Positions 1 to 12,291 of a stretch of 64,000 nucleotides of DNA are shown here, one piece after another. How positions within the stretch are numbered: position 1 is the first letter of the stretch; every line of letters starts with the position of its first letter. Both the position numbers and the translations under genes were made by a program. Source of the DNA: Octopus vulgaris (taxonomy: Eukaryota). The stretch spans positions 44,702,001 to 44,766,000 of the forward strand of contig OX597821.1 of assembly GCA_951406725.2 (NCBI GenBank). The letters are read 5' to 3'. The notes beneath the pieces were generated by a model. It was not told the origin of the DNA and did not search any database. It was given only the letters and a program-made list of their open reading frames with translations.

Positions 1-63
1 TAAGACTGCAAAAAAAAAGTACTCAAATGTAATTGAGACAGAGATAAAAAAAAAACATTGATC

Positions 64-561
64 AGAGAACAAACATCAAATTCAAGTCAACAACTTTATA
101 TATTACACCACGCCTCCAAACATTTGATCTTATATAAATATTACCATGGCCCTTAAAAATATAAAGTATACATATATAAAAAAAACACAGAAGGTAAAAA
201 ATATATATGCAAATAAAAATACAGATATACAGACCAGCCTATCAAGAAGGTATATACAATTGACTAACAATTCTAAAGTGTGTCATGTGACTAAAAATCT
301 AAATAAAATAAAATATCAATCAACGAAAAAAAATTTTTTATTACTCCCCTCAAACAAAAAAGTATGTCAGAAAAGTTCATATCATAAAAACCATGGTAGG
401 TTGAAGTCCAGGAGCAAAAAGATTTCCACAAAATCAAGTCAAACACATCTATGGCCATTTCAGTGCAACTCGGTAATATTTATATATTTATATATGATCA
501 AATGTTTGGAGGTGTGGTGTTATATATAAAGTTGTTGACTCGAATTTGATGTTTGTTCTCT
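64..561. repeat. Element with ~82-bp inverted arms (64-145 / 472-561), Penelope-pLTR-like
   Basis: agagaacaaacatcaaattcaagtcaacaac...aatattacc is mirrored by ggtaatatt...gttgttgactcgaatttgatgtttgttctct. The interior (446-461) reads GAAA-TGGCCA-TA-GATG on the minus strand, the 3' half of a minimal HHR. Confidence 0.7.
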
Positions 562-565
562 CTCT

Positions 566-619
<54 letters not shown>

Positions 620-631
620 ATCTACTAGTAC

Positions 632-674
<43 letters not shown>

Positions 675-1189
675 TGTACAGTTAAACACAAGAGAAAACT
701 ACCTTTAACAGGTAATTTTTTTACACACTGGAAGAAGCAGTCAAAACGTCCAAAACCACATTTAAGAGCAATTTTCGAAATGAATGAAAAATAAAATCTT
801 TTACCTTATTTTTTTTACGTTGTATATATATATATATATATTTATTCATCCCCACCCCACAAAAGATGAGCAATTACTTCCCCTGTCCCCGGTAATAACG
901 ATCATCAGTTACCTCCCCTTATATTCTTCACTCATTCATTCACAAACTTCTCCACACATGACATGCACTAAAATCTTTAAGAAAATACGAAATTACAATA
1001 ATTTCAATGTAATTCATTAGTGAAAGCAAAACCAGTCGACAAACGCAATGTAAAATATATTAAAACTATATAAAGTGTGTGCATTTTCTTCTTTTATTTT
1101 ATATATATATTTTTGCAATACAACTCACCGTGTGGAGATAATAAAAATTCCTCCTTTTTTGTAACTATATATATATATATATATATATG

Positions 1190-1610
<421 letters not shown>

Positions 1611-2235
1611 AATCTGACATGGGTGATTCTTTCTTGTCTTGGGATTTACAGTCAAACGTCTGGGTGGAATTGTGCAAACAATTTTACAGGAATGATCCAT
1701 TGGTGATGCTGGGCTTTGTATTTTTTCATAGCTCCCATGGTTACTGAGATAATCTACTATAATAATAATAATACTCTTGTGTTTATGAATGAGAAAGGAA
1801 AGGGTGGTAGATGAATAAGGAAGGAATGAGTGATGTCATCTTGGTAGTGGGATGATGAAAATTGTACACTGAAAAAATAATCAAACAGCATTTGAACTCT
1901 GTGTGAATATATGTGTGTGTATGTAAAAGGGGGTATGTGAATGTGTGTGTGTGTGTTTGTGTGTGCGTGTGTGCATGCAATGGAAGTGGTTCATCTTTGT
2001 TTGCTTATTATTTGGGTTTATTTTTTGATTTGGTTGAATCTTGGCTGTTTTTTTTTTTTTGTTGGTCAGATATTTTTAGCATTTTGACAGGAAAAAGTCA
2101 TTCTAAAATTGATTTTTAACGTATGCCCAAACAAGCTGAATGCTTATACAGAGAAGGTTTTACAGCCACATCATCCAAACCAACCAGATGAAACTGGGCT
2201 TAGCTGCTAGTATATATATATAATATACACACATA

Positions 2236-2757
2236 CCGTAAATACTCGAGTATATTCCGCCGTTGAGTATAATACACAGGGAATTTTTAGGAGGTAGTAC
2301 CTCTGAAAAACCTAAACCTTGTGGATAATACGCACCCCTTCTCTAACTTGAGTTGTGTGTAATTAAGCCAGCAATACCTAGTTGAACAAACACTTCTGCG
2401 CATGCGTAATACAATAATGGTGATGTTCTTAACTGTTATATGGGAATGTAAATATGTTTGCAAATTGTTTATGTTATATGTTATTCTGTGTTCTGAATAC
2501 TTTTATTTTAATAAATGTTGCTTACTGCAAGTTATGGATAATTCTTTTATAACTTCATTGCTTTTAGGCTTAGCTTAATGTATTTTCGCGCCCGACATCA
2601 CACAACGTGTCTGAATAAACATTGCCGGACAGCAAATAGAGACTCAGACATTGCTTAGAAAATATTTTTCATTTTTAACCTCATATATAGTACGCACTAA
2701 GGATTTTGACCTTTAAATTTTAGGGAAAAAATGCGGATTATACTCGAGGATTTACAG
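2236..2757. mobile_element. MITE of Tc1/mariner superfamily (pogo/Tc2-like ends)
   Basis: TIRs CCGTAAATACTCGAGTATATTCCGC and GCGGATTATACTCGAGGATTTACAG; TA on both sides; no ORF. Confidence 0.9.
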
Positions 2758-2764
2758 TATATCT

Positions 2765-3112
2765 TTGACCCCAAGGCTTATTCTTTGTAAGCCTAGTACT
2801 TATTCTATCAGTCTTTCTTTGCCAAACTGCTAAGTTACAGAGGCATAAACACACCAACATCGGTTGTCAATCGATGGTGGAGGGGTGAAACACAGACACA
2901 AAGACACACACACAGAAATATATGTTTGTATGTGTGTCTGTGTGTCTGTGTGTATGACAGGCTTAATTTAGTTTCCATCTACCAAGTCCACTCACAAGGC
3001 TTTTAGTTGGTCTAGTAGAGGACACTTACCAAAGATGCCACGCAGTGGGACTGAACTCAGAACTATGTGGTTGGAAAGCAAGCTTCTTATCACACAGCCA
3101 TGGCTGCACCTA
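2765..3112 (-). mobile_element. tRNA-derived SINE family A (CORE-like)
   Basis: Reverse complement of the 4797-5193 element. Confidence 0.85.
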
Positions 3113-3161
3113 GCTACGCCAACTTTATTTGCATACCAAGGCAAATTTTGTTTCATATTAA

Positions 3162-4380
3162 CCCTTTTAAGATGGTTGTTGTAAATTTACACATGCAGTG
3201 TATATGCTTCAAATTGGTCAACGTAATTATAAGCTGTCTGACTTAGAACTTGTCACCGGTGCACCTGCTAACTGATAGGCTGGTTATTTGTTTCATGTAA
3301 ATATTTACAACCTAATAGGCTGGTCTTGCTACTCTGGCTCTGTCAACTTCATCTTCACATCCTGTTTAGCGAATTTACAGTTGTCATGCCAACTAAACTC
3401 CATCACCACACCAGTTGTTTTTTCCGGTTTGGACAATGACTCAGAGAGTGAATATTTTCCAAGTTCAGAATCAGATGATTCCAATAGTGATGATGATATT
3501 CCAGTGAATCAAAGATACAAGCGGGCAGCAGTGAATGACCCTGGACAACAGAATGTCATGTGACAAGCAAGAGACAATTTTGTCCAACAGCATGGTACTG
3601 GTATGCCTGGCATAAAGGCAAACCTTGAAGATGGAAGTTTGCCATTGGAAATCTTGCACGAGTTTTTGTCGGATGAAATATTCCGATATATAGCAAACGG
3701 AATGATTGACTATGCTGAAAACCATCCCCAGCATGGCGGTGGTTGGTTTCCAACTACAGGGGACAAAATCAAAGTTCTACTGATACTGATGGATATCATG
3801 AAGAAAGCAACACTAGTGTCATACTGGAATTGGGATCCAGCCATGTTCACACCTTTCTTTCTGGAAACGATGCCACATAATCGATTTTTGGTGCTTCTTC
3901 AAAATCTACATTTCAACTTAGGCAAGAACAAAGATGCCAGGCTGCACAAAATATGTCCTATCATTGACGAAGTGGCTGAAAATTTCAGAACGATGTGTTC
4001 CCATGCAGGATGTTTGTACGGATGAGAGTTTGTGGAAATTCAAGGGAAGGCTCTGATTCAAACAATGTAACCTGACCAAATGTACCAGCTTTGGAGTCGA
4101 GATTTATAAAATATGCCAGTCAGCTGGCAGAGCCGGTAGGTACATGTGGAATTATAAAATCTACACTGGTAAGGACAGATTGGATCAGCCAGCATCTACT
4201 CTAGTGATAACTGATGTTGTGTTGTCACTGAATGTAAACTTGTTTGACAAAGGCTACAATATTTATATAGACAACTGGTTTTCCAGTCTGGACCACTTCC
4301 TGCAGCTGCAGACGAGGAGGACTAATGCCTGTGGGACTGTGAGGGCACACAAGTAAAACATGCCGCCCAATCTTCACACC
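3162..4380 (+). mobile_element. piggyBac transposon remnant (PGBD4-like transposase pseudogene), 3' truncated
   Basis: Starts TTAA|CCCTT. Acidic N-terminus, then the motifs YW...F...MP.NRF..L..LHFN, RLHKI.PIID, DESLWKFKGRL, YMWNYKIYTGK, KGYNIYIDNWFSS and ACGTVR, broken by frameshifts and stops. Confidence 0.92.
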
Positions 4381-4624
4381 AGTGACAATTTTATCTCACT
4401 AATTGTCAGAGTATTTAGTACAAGCTTAAATTTCTCTACCAGATACTAATTGCTCCTTATCATATCTATCAGCATGGCAATTAAAGCTCATTTCATCTCA
4501 TCACACCATGAATTAGAATATTAATTAAATGACACTGTTTAATATTAATAAGTCGTAGGAAGGTGACAAGGTAGCAGAATCATTAATATACTGGAAAAAA
4601 TGCTTAGCATGTACATATACATAC

Positions 4625-4672
<48 letters not shown>

Positions 4673-4796
4673 GGTGGACTATACACACACACACATATAT
4701 ATTTAAGGCAAATAAGTAAATGGAGAGGATATAAAATCGACAAACATCAGCCAGTAGACACTCCAATATATCTATTTATCAAATGATAACAAACAT

Positions 4797-5193
4797 AGGT
4801 GAAGGAGTGGCTGTGTGGTAAGTAGCTTGCTGACCAACCACATGGTTTTGGGTTCAGTCACACTGCGTGGCACCTTGGGCAAGTGTCTTCTCCTATAGCC
4901 TCAAGCTGACCAAAGATTTGTAAGTGGATTTGGTAAACGGAAACTGGAAGAAACCTGTCATATATATGTATATATATATATATGCATGTGTGTGTATATG
5001 TTTCTATGTCTTTGTTTGTCCTCCTCAACATCGCTAGACAACTGATGCTGGTGTGTTTACGTCCCAATAACTTAGCGACAGAATAAGTACTAGGCTTGCA
5101 AAAAATAAGTCCTGGGGTCAATTTTCTTGACTAAAGGCGGTGCTCCAGCATGGCCACAGTCAAATTACTGAAACAAGTAAAAGAGTAAAAGAG
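4797..5193 (+). mobile_element. tRNA-derived SINE family A, near full length
   Basis: A-box-like TGGCTGTGTGGTAA, B-box-like GGTTCAGT, CORE-like ccttgggcaagtgtctt, internal TA/TG repeat, (gtaaaaga)n tail. Confidence 0.9.
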
Positions 5194-5774
5194 TATGTGT
5201 TTAAGTAGTACAAGTAAATGGATGTGGTAAGTAAATGAAGTCACTAAGGTTTTACCCAGTTTTTCTTTCATTTTATGTATTAATTTTCCCCTAACAGGTT
5301 CAATTTAAGTTTATTTCAGCCAACTCCTTTCATAATGCTATATCTATTAAATAATGTTTAGCCTCTAACCTCTAACCACTGTAGCATGGACCATACCATT
5401 AAACCCACCACATAGCATACTACCTTCACTATTTCCCTCAGTATAATGCAAACACAATGTAAACTGCAGCCTATGGATATATCTCCTGAAAGTGATTTTA
5501 TTTACTTGCCGAAGGATGGAATACCATGGATTATAATAACACCTTAAAATGAAGTAGAAAATACGTGAAATGCCAATTTATATTTTCACAATACCTATTT
5601 GAGGCAAACAACTTGTGTCAAGTTTTTTGCTTTTCTATTGACAATCTTGTATTAGTAGCTCGTATTTCAATACTAAGTATATTAAATATTTATTGCTCAT
5701 TGGATGGAGTACTTTTTTGTTGATCCTACTAATAACAGAACACTAAACTCTATATCTCAGTATCACAGGATCAA

Positions 5775-6380
5775 GTAGACCATCAGATGCTGTTATACAC
5801 CGCTGGTCACCATGTGCTTCCAATTCTATCTTGATTGCAACGTTCTTTTCCATCTTGACCTAAATTGTCTTCCCATTGGCATGGAGGTTTTCCAATTGGT
5901 CATTTCCCATCTCTTGGATACCTCTCTGCAACTGCAAAGGTCTACCTGTTGTTTGTGAAGCTTGTGGCATGTCTGACCCAGTGAAACTTGTGCTTTCAGT
6001 ACTCTGTAATCATGTCGTTCACTCCTCTCCTTTCTCAAATAATCTCATTTCAAATGTTCTCTGTTAATGATTCTCCTAGCATGGATCTTTTTATGGCCCC
6101 TTGCATTGTAGCCAATCGATGTTCTATCCTCTTCACAGTAGCCCATGTCTCACCAGCATATAAGAAGGCAGATAACATGTGGTATAGAAGAGCCTGGCAC
6201 ATGCAGCATTGCTCAAATACCTAGATTCTTTGCTCCATGTCAGCTGCAAGAATCCAGCTCTCAAACAGTAGAACGGTTTGTCGTCACTCATTCATTCCTT
6301 TGGCACTGTATTCTATATAATGTATTTGGCTTCCCTCTTATATTCTGTTAAGGAGTTGGCGACAAATGTCTCCTTTTGTA
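5775..6380 (-). mobile_element. RTE-type LINE 3' fragment, degraded
   Basis: Minus-strand frames give remnants of the RTE C-terminal pattern (W.GH..R....RW ... RW.R.LQ.R..W), with many frameshifts. Confidence 0.55.
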
Positions 6381-6555
6381 GGAGCCACTAAAGCTTTTTT
6401 TATTCTCTGTTTGTTTATTTTCTCGTTTCCGTTCTGTTGAAGAGCATAGACTCAAACCATAAAAGACTTCCTCAGCTTCCCGAGCATTTAACTAATACAC
6501 CTGTTTGTTGTTTATGCAACTGTCTTCATCTTTTGTTTTTTGTAAATTCCAACTA
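6380..6555 (+). mobile_element. Family M element, copy 2, with degenerate HHR (6431-6465)
   Basis: GTT-CTGTTGA-AGAGC atag ACTC-AAAC-CA-TA-AAAG; homologous to 1190-1369. Confidence 0.7.
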
Positions 6556-6571
6556 TATATATGCATATATA

Positions 6572-6830
6572 GTGAAGGTGTGTGGCTTAGTAATTAGGGG
6601 ATTCAGCTCACAATCATAAGGTCCTTGAGTAATATACTTTATTTCATGATTCTCCACTCCATTCAGCTGGCAAAAATGAGTAATCCCTGCCTTGTCATAT
6701 TCTGTGTCACTGAATCTCTCTGAGAGCTACATTAAAGGTACATGTGTCTGTGGAGTTCTCAGCCACTTGCACATTAACTTTACAAGCAGGCTGAAACAAT
6801 CATCATCATAATCGATTGAGTGCCAGCTAC
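6572..6830 (+). mobile_element. tRNA-derived SINE (family B-related)
   Basis: gtgaaggtgtgtggcttagt head as at 10705; internally deleted. Confidence 0.65.
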
Positions 6831-6869
6831 ACACACATTTGCCACATCATATTAATGAGGTGACAGACA

Positions 6870-7015
6870 CAGTGAGATAGTATCTCACACTTGTCAATAA
6901 TTACTTTCCCAGTTTAGATAAATATCTCTAAATATTCAATACAAACACTTTCAAAGTTTGGTATACTTGCCTCCCAAACATAGGTTCACAAATTTTCAGC
7001 CACACCAAAAGACAT
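6870..7015 (+). mobile_element. Penelope-like element ORF fragment
   Basis: Translates LTLVNNYFPSLDKYL*IFNTNTFKVWYTCLPNIGSQIFSHTK, matching the PLE post-RT motif (LI..HFP....KIFN.NT.K.SYSC.PN...I..HN). Confidence 0.7.
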
Positions 7016-7029
7016 CAATTCAAGAAGCC

Positions 7030-7500
7030 TTAAAGCTTCTTGGTATTGAAATCAACTCATCCAAGCTGGAGGTGATAAAATGAGCTGCAGTGAGGCTGAA
7101 TTCAAGGATGCCATGCTCAGCATCCTATGTGTCTTGGCTGGAGATCAGCTGACAACAAGGGATACCATCTGCATTCTTGGTTCTCCAATCCTCCCGAAAG
7201 CAATAACAAGATTGCTTGTATATGCAGGCTGACAGAGAGTGCACCTCATTGATGCATACCTAGCGTTCTCCTTCTTGAAGAATCGCTTTACCCTGGTTAA
7301 GATCCTTTTGCCACCATGCAGTGCACCATGTTACCCTCTCACAGACCACTTCAGCAATATCAATGACACCACCCAGCATTGTGCTTGAATTGATCTGCAA
7401 TGTGAATTTTCACAGTGCCATCTGGCAATAGGCTAAGCTGCCTGCTAAATGTGGTGGCCTTGGCCGCCATTCCACATTGGACCTATATTTCTTCTGTTTT
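7030..7500 (+). mobile_element. CRE-clade non-LTR retrotransposon RT fragment
   Basis: LGIEINSSKLE, ILGSPI, IDAYLAFSFLKNRF, ICNV...WQ*AKLP..GGLG. Confidence 0.65.
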
Positions 7501-7544
7501 CTCACTGTGCCTGTCACCTCATTCATGATATGTGGTAAATGAGC

Positions 7545-7799
7545 ATGTAACAAGCACTCCGTCAGTCATGACAGCAATTGTTCCAACCTGTTCATGAAAT
7601 TAGCATGTAGTGGAACACAGCATGTGCCAAGGCTGGCCCTTTGAATTACAGGCACATTTCATTTTTGCCAGCTTTATGGACTAGAGCAATGTAAAATAAA
7701 GTGTTTTGCCCCAGGACACAACGCAAGGTCCAGGAATCAAACCCATGATCTAAACATCATTAGGTCCTCTATCCAAACTAGGACACCACACACCTTCAC
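7545..7799 (-). mobile_element. tRNA-derived SINE (family B-related)
   Basis: Ends ...caccttcac; shares aaataaagtgttttgc/aggacacaac with 25365-25676. Confidence 0.7.
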
Positions 7800-7831
7800 G
7801 TTAAAATAGAAAAAAAAAAAGAGAGAAGCAC

Positions 7832-8000
7832 TAGCTGCAGGTATGGCTGTGTAGTTAGGAAACTTGCTCTGCAACCATGTAGATTCGGATTTTGTCCCAC
7901 TGCACGGCATCTTGGGTAAGAGTCTTATACTATAATCTTGGGCAAACTCAAGTCTTGTATAAGTGAACTTGGTAGACAGAAACTGTGTGGCTGCCCATTC
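7832..8000 (+). mobile_element. SINE family A, 5' part
   Basis: tggctgtgtagttagg...gtcccactgcacggcatcttgggtaag. Confidence 0.7.
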
Positions 8001-8070
8001 TGTCAGTTTGTCAAACTATCTGGCTGGTTGGCTGCATATATGTGTATATGTATGTATATCTATCTGTCTA

Positions 8071-8132
<62 letters not shown>

Positions 8133-8187
8133 GGAGGTGTACTTGCATAGCAAGTAACTTAATCTGAGATTGTGTGCTGAAACAAAA

Positions 8188-8445
8188 ACAATTGCAGCAT
8201 GGAAGATGTTTGTAAACCATTTAAGAACACACAAAAACCATTAGTTTCACTTCAGCATTTAAATTTAATTTGTGCCAAAATATTTTCTGCACTCTGAAAC
8301 TGCGACCTGTTCACTGACAAAACGGAGTCATGGTTTCAAAGCGATGAAAATATTTTGACACATATTAAATTTAAATGTTGAAGTTAAACTAACGGTTTTT
8401 GTGTGTTCGTAAATGGCTCACAAACATCTTCCATGCTGCAATTGT
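8188..8445. repeat. Fold-back element, ~119-bp inverted arms with 20-nt spacer
   Basis: caattgcagcatggaagatgtttg...tgcgac is mirrored by gtcatgg...caaacatcttccatgctgcaattg. Confidence 0.9.
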
Positions 8446-8451
8446 ATATAT

Positions 8452-8702
8452 CAGTGGTTCTCAACTGGTGTCTATATGGGATCCATATAAGATATTGTTG
8501 TTAAAATTTATCTGCAATAAATTGCTTATATTTCTACCAAATATAAAATATGTTAATAATCTTTTTTTGATACAATTCCTAATAATATTTAATTATAATA
8601 ATATAATAGGATTTTTTAAAGATCGAATGGCTAGGAGGGTTTATCCAAGTAAAATAGGAATTAAAGGAGTCCATAGGTAAAAAAAATGGTTGAGAAACAC
8701 TG
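8452..8702. mobile_element. hAT (Charlie-type) MITE
   Basis: TIRs CAGTGGTTCTCAAC / GTTGAGAAACACTG. Confidence 0.8.
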
Positions 8703-8817
8703 CTGTAGAAGATTCTAAGCAGAAATGGAAGCAAAACCTAGAAATGAAGTGCCTTGAAGGGAACTTAGCAAAAGCAAAATGTTGTAGTAAGTAGAAAGGA
8801 AGACAGGAGCTAGATAT

Positions 8818-9048
8818 CTATTTCTTTACTACCCATAAGGGGCTAAACACAGAGGGGACAAATAAGGACAGACAAACGGATTAAGTCATTTATATCGACC
8901 CCAGTGCATAACTGGTACTTATTTAATCGACCCCGAAAGGATGAAAGGCAAAGTTGACCTCAGTGGAATTTGAACTCAGAACGTAACGGCAGACGAAATA
9001 CGGCTATGCATTTTGCCCGACATGCTAACGTTTCTGCCAGCTCGCCGC
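8818..9048 (-). mobile_element. tRNA-derived SINE family C, well preserved
   Basis: Minus strand gcggcgagctggcagaaacgttag...gagttcaaattcc (A/B boxes). Related decayed copies at ~28110-28285, 32415-32560, 42215-42410 and 48240-48380. Confidence 0.85.
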
Positions 9049-9954
9049 AGATACCATCAAGAAAATAATCATGCTCACTATGGAGTGAATGGTTCAGTGA
9101 AAATTGAAATTGGTATGTATAGTGTAAACAATGTAGCTAACTTTCAGAGGAGGTAGATTTCCTAAATACCAAGTGCACTGGTGCAATAAATACTAAGTGC
9201 TCTTGTAAAATAAAATAGATTTTTGTAATGCTTGGATGAACCACTAAAGGTAGCTGATAGCTTTTGTTACCAACAACACGTCATTAACAGCAAAGTAGTT
9301 GATAGTTGCTCTTTTCAAGGTGACCGAATTAACACTGAATAATTGATTATAAGTACCAGTTATTACTTGAATTGCCTCTGATCCTGCTCTTACACAAAAA
9401 CAAAAAGATATGATTATTTAATCATAAAAAGTGACACAAGTTTGTTGGTTTGGAAGAACACATTTTTGTTCCTATTTTCATCAGACAACTTTGCTCATCT
9501 ACTAAGTGAATCAAATAATAAACCATTATTGAATTTACCCCATTAAATGTTATCAGTCATTCATCAGATTGTTACTTTAGTTGTATACCCATGAATAATT
9601 TTCTCATACCAAATGCTAAATAGAGGGAAAGTTACAAAGATCCGGTGTGTTTTAGTTCGGTATCTCATAGTTCTGAATAAAATTGAATAGTTCAAACAAC
9701 ATTGTTTAAATGTAGGTCAGTTTTTATTGAGCTGGATTAGGATCATAGGCATTCTAGATAAGGCCATCCCATCAATTTTCAGATGTAGCTTATCCAATGT
9801 GTTCTTCCTTTTTAAGGAAGGCATGATTTGAAGGGGATTTAGGTTGCTATTCCTAACAGGCAGAGGTTCCTCCAACAAAATTAATGACATAATTAATACC
9901 TCCAACTACACAAACATGTGACAAATGAAGTCCATTTTAACCCCATCACAACAG

Positions 9955-11545
9955 TTTTTGGGTGATCCTAGATTATGATACATCACCTTCACTTTGTTGT
10001 TAAATTATAGAGTATTTTTAATGACCATGATAGAAATTTTCTTTCTACTTTTTGATGCCATGCTGCAGCCATATATTGCATTTTATTAGAGATATTTTGT
10101 GGGTGTAATAAAGAATTATTTTGTTACTGTTCATTTTTGCTGTTGATTTTTATATTGTTCATTTTTGTCATTCCATTTGTTGCTATTGACTTTTGTGTGT
10201 ACACTGTAATTAAGATGGGAGTGTGTGATTGTATCAGATCACACTTTGTATACAATTGTGTTGTTGAAGTTTACATCTAGAAAAGTGTCGGTGATTATAG
10301 AATTAGCTGTAAGTTTTAATAGGTCAAGCAATGACATTCCCTGTTGACAAAACTAAAGAATAACAAAATGTTACATCACCAACAATAACAACAATATTGT
10401 GGTTATTGTCAACAACAGCAACTACCAAATAGTTCTTGATTAATTATATCCAAACCTAACCTTTCCCATGACAAACAAGTTGAGTTTAAAAAAATCAAGA
10501 AATATAAAAAAGATGGCTCTCTAAAAACAAACGACAAGCCTGTTGGGGAAACAGATGACGTGGTAATTTTGAACTATTTCCGTGATGGATGTAGTTACTG
10601 CAAACTAAGAAAAATTAAACATGTGACTTTACCTTTTATAATATTTATTAGATTAACTCCATTAAATGTTGTAAATCATTCATCTGTTAATTTAAATGTA
10701 TACTGTGAAGGTGCATGGCTCAGTGGTTAGAGTGTCGAGCATAAGGTTGTGAGTTCAAATCCCGGACTGGGCTGCATGTTGTGTTCTTGAGCAAGACACT
10801 TTATTTTATGTTGCTCCAGTTCACTCCGCCATAGAAATGAGTTGCGACATCACAGGTGCCAAGCTGTATCGGCCGTTGCCTTTCCCTTGGATAACACTGG
10901 TGGCGTGGAGAGGAGAGGCTGGTATGCATGGGTAACTGCTGGTCTTCCATAAACAATCTTGCCTGGACTTGTGCCTGGGAGGGTAACTTTCTAGGTGCAA
11001 TACTATGGTCTGTGTCATGACCGAAGGGGATCTCAGATACTCATGAATAATTTTGGGTGATTCTAAATTATGATGTACACCTTTAATTCATTAAATGGTT
11101 ATGATAAAAAATTTTCTTTCTATTTTTCAACACCATGCTGCAGCTGCATTGAATGTTAAAAATATTTTGTGGGTGTAACAAAAAGTTATTTTGTTACTGT
11201 TCAGTTTTGTTGGTGGTTCTTACGTTAATCATTTTTGTTGATTTTTGTATCTTTCATTGTAATTGCTGCTCAAAATGGGAACGTGTGACTGTATCAGATC
11301 ACATATTGTATACAATTATATACAATTTTTTTTTTTTTTTAGTTTTTATTTAGATAAGGGTGAGTGATTATAGATTTAGCTGCAAGTTTTAATAGGTCAA
11401 ACATTTATTTTTGAAGAAACATGAAACATAAAATAATTCAGCAATAACAAAAATTTGCACCACCACCACCAATAACACCAGTACAATTCAACAGCAACTA
11501 AATAATTTATTAATCTACTAATCTAACCTAACCTCTCCTATGAGA
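9955..11545. repeat. Old local tandem duplication (~500-bp units at 9955-10480 and 11048-11545)
   Basis: Collinear shared blocks: ttttgggtgat, ccatgctgcagc, atattttgtgggtgtaa, gtatcagatcaca, aagttttaataggtcaa, acctaacct. Confidence 0.85.
10705..11036 (+). mobile_element. tRNA-derived SINE family B, full length
   Basis: TGGCTCAGTGGTTAG A box, GAGTTCAAATCC B box; atact duplicated at both flanks. Confidence 0.92.
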
Positions 11546-11567
11546 AATAAGCCTAGGAAAAAAAAAT

Positions 11568-12012
11568 GAAATCACATGATATGGGAATTCTGGCACCCAT
11601 GACAGATGATTCTCATCTGCTACTGTCTATGTGTGTGTCTTTATGCACCAAGCACCTATGAGGGAAGATCTCTCGAGGCTAATAACTCAGTATTCAGTGT
11701 TCTAATGAAGCAGCCATGTTAAGTTGGATAGAAACATTACCTTTAGATATTAATACTGCTTCCATCACTACAAATTAATTTTTAATAAACCTCTTGGCTA
11801 TTTGTTGCATCAGTGTCTGGAACGATACTGGTATTTTATATATCATGGCAGCAAAATTTGCCTGGCATGTGGTAACTGACACTTCACACTGATAAGGTTT
11901 AGTAGACTAAAATTACGTGACATGGGAATTCCGGCCCCTGTGGCAGATTATTCTCATCTGCTACTGTATTTGTTTTTATGCCCCAAGTGCCTATATGAGA
12001 CGATCTCTCAAG
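11568..12012 (+). mobile_element. Retrozyme-like 1.3-mer: 341-nt period with HHR at the junction
   Basis: Direct repeat 11568-11677 / 11909-12012; each copy begins with the HHR 3' half (GAAA-TCAC[A/G]TGA-TA-TGGGAA). Confidence 0.7.
11883..11928 (+). ncRNA. Degenerate type I hammerhead ribozyme
   Basis: TTCACA-CTGATAA-GGTT tagta GACT-AAAA-TTACGTGA-CA-TGGGAA. The upstream copy retains GAAA, TCAC.TGA and TA. Inferred ancestor: TTCCCA CTGATGA GGTC..GACC GAAA TCACGTGA TA TGGGAA. Confidence 0.7.
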
Positions 12013-12219
12013 ACAAAATCAAAATGGTCTGTCTTGATGAATTCGATAAATGAATGAAAATGCTAATAAAGAATTATCCAAAATTATGATTGCCTCCTTT
12101 TCTCAATATACAATATCTGTACACCACTTCAAACACTCTATACATATGTAACTACATGTGGATTGTTGGCCAATTTTTTTCCTCCGTCTTCCTTTTCTCT
12201 TGAACTTTCCTCTGTCTCC

Positions 12220-12256
12220 TGTTTCTGAAGAAGAGCTTTGCTTGAAATATTAAACA
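12220..12256 (+). ncRNA. Minimal hammerhead motif, canonical CUGAAGA core
   Basis: TGTTT-CTGAAGA-A-GAGC ttt GCTT-GAAA-TA-TT-AAACA; same layout as family M, with CG decayed to TA. Confidence 0.6.
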
Positions 12257-12291
12257 ACCTTTCTTTCCTTCCCAGATAGTCTTTTAGTACT

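Noticed and set aside
8307-8360. CTGACAA in the loop of the 8188 fold-back as a decayed HHR core
   Set aside because: No stem II/GAAA/UH geometry.
9717-9905. 62-aa minus-strand ORF
   Set aside because: It overlaps a dispersed repeat also seen near 28740-28930 and 54150-54350.
10705-10780. tRNA gene
   Set aside because: The A/B boxes belong to a SINE head; there is no complete cloverleaf.
12028-12075. TTGATGA-ATTC..GAAT-GAAA
   Set aside because: No convincing stem I or stem III.
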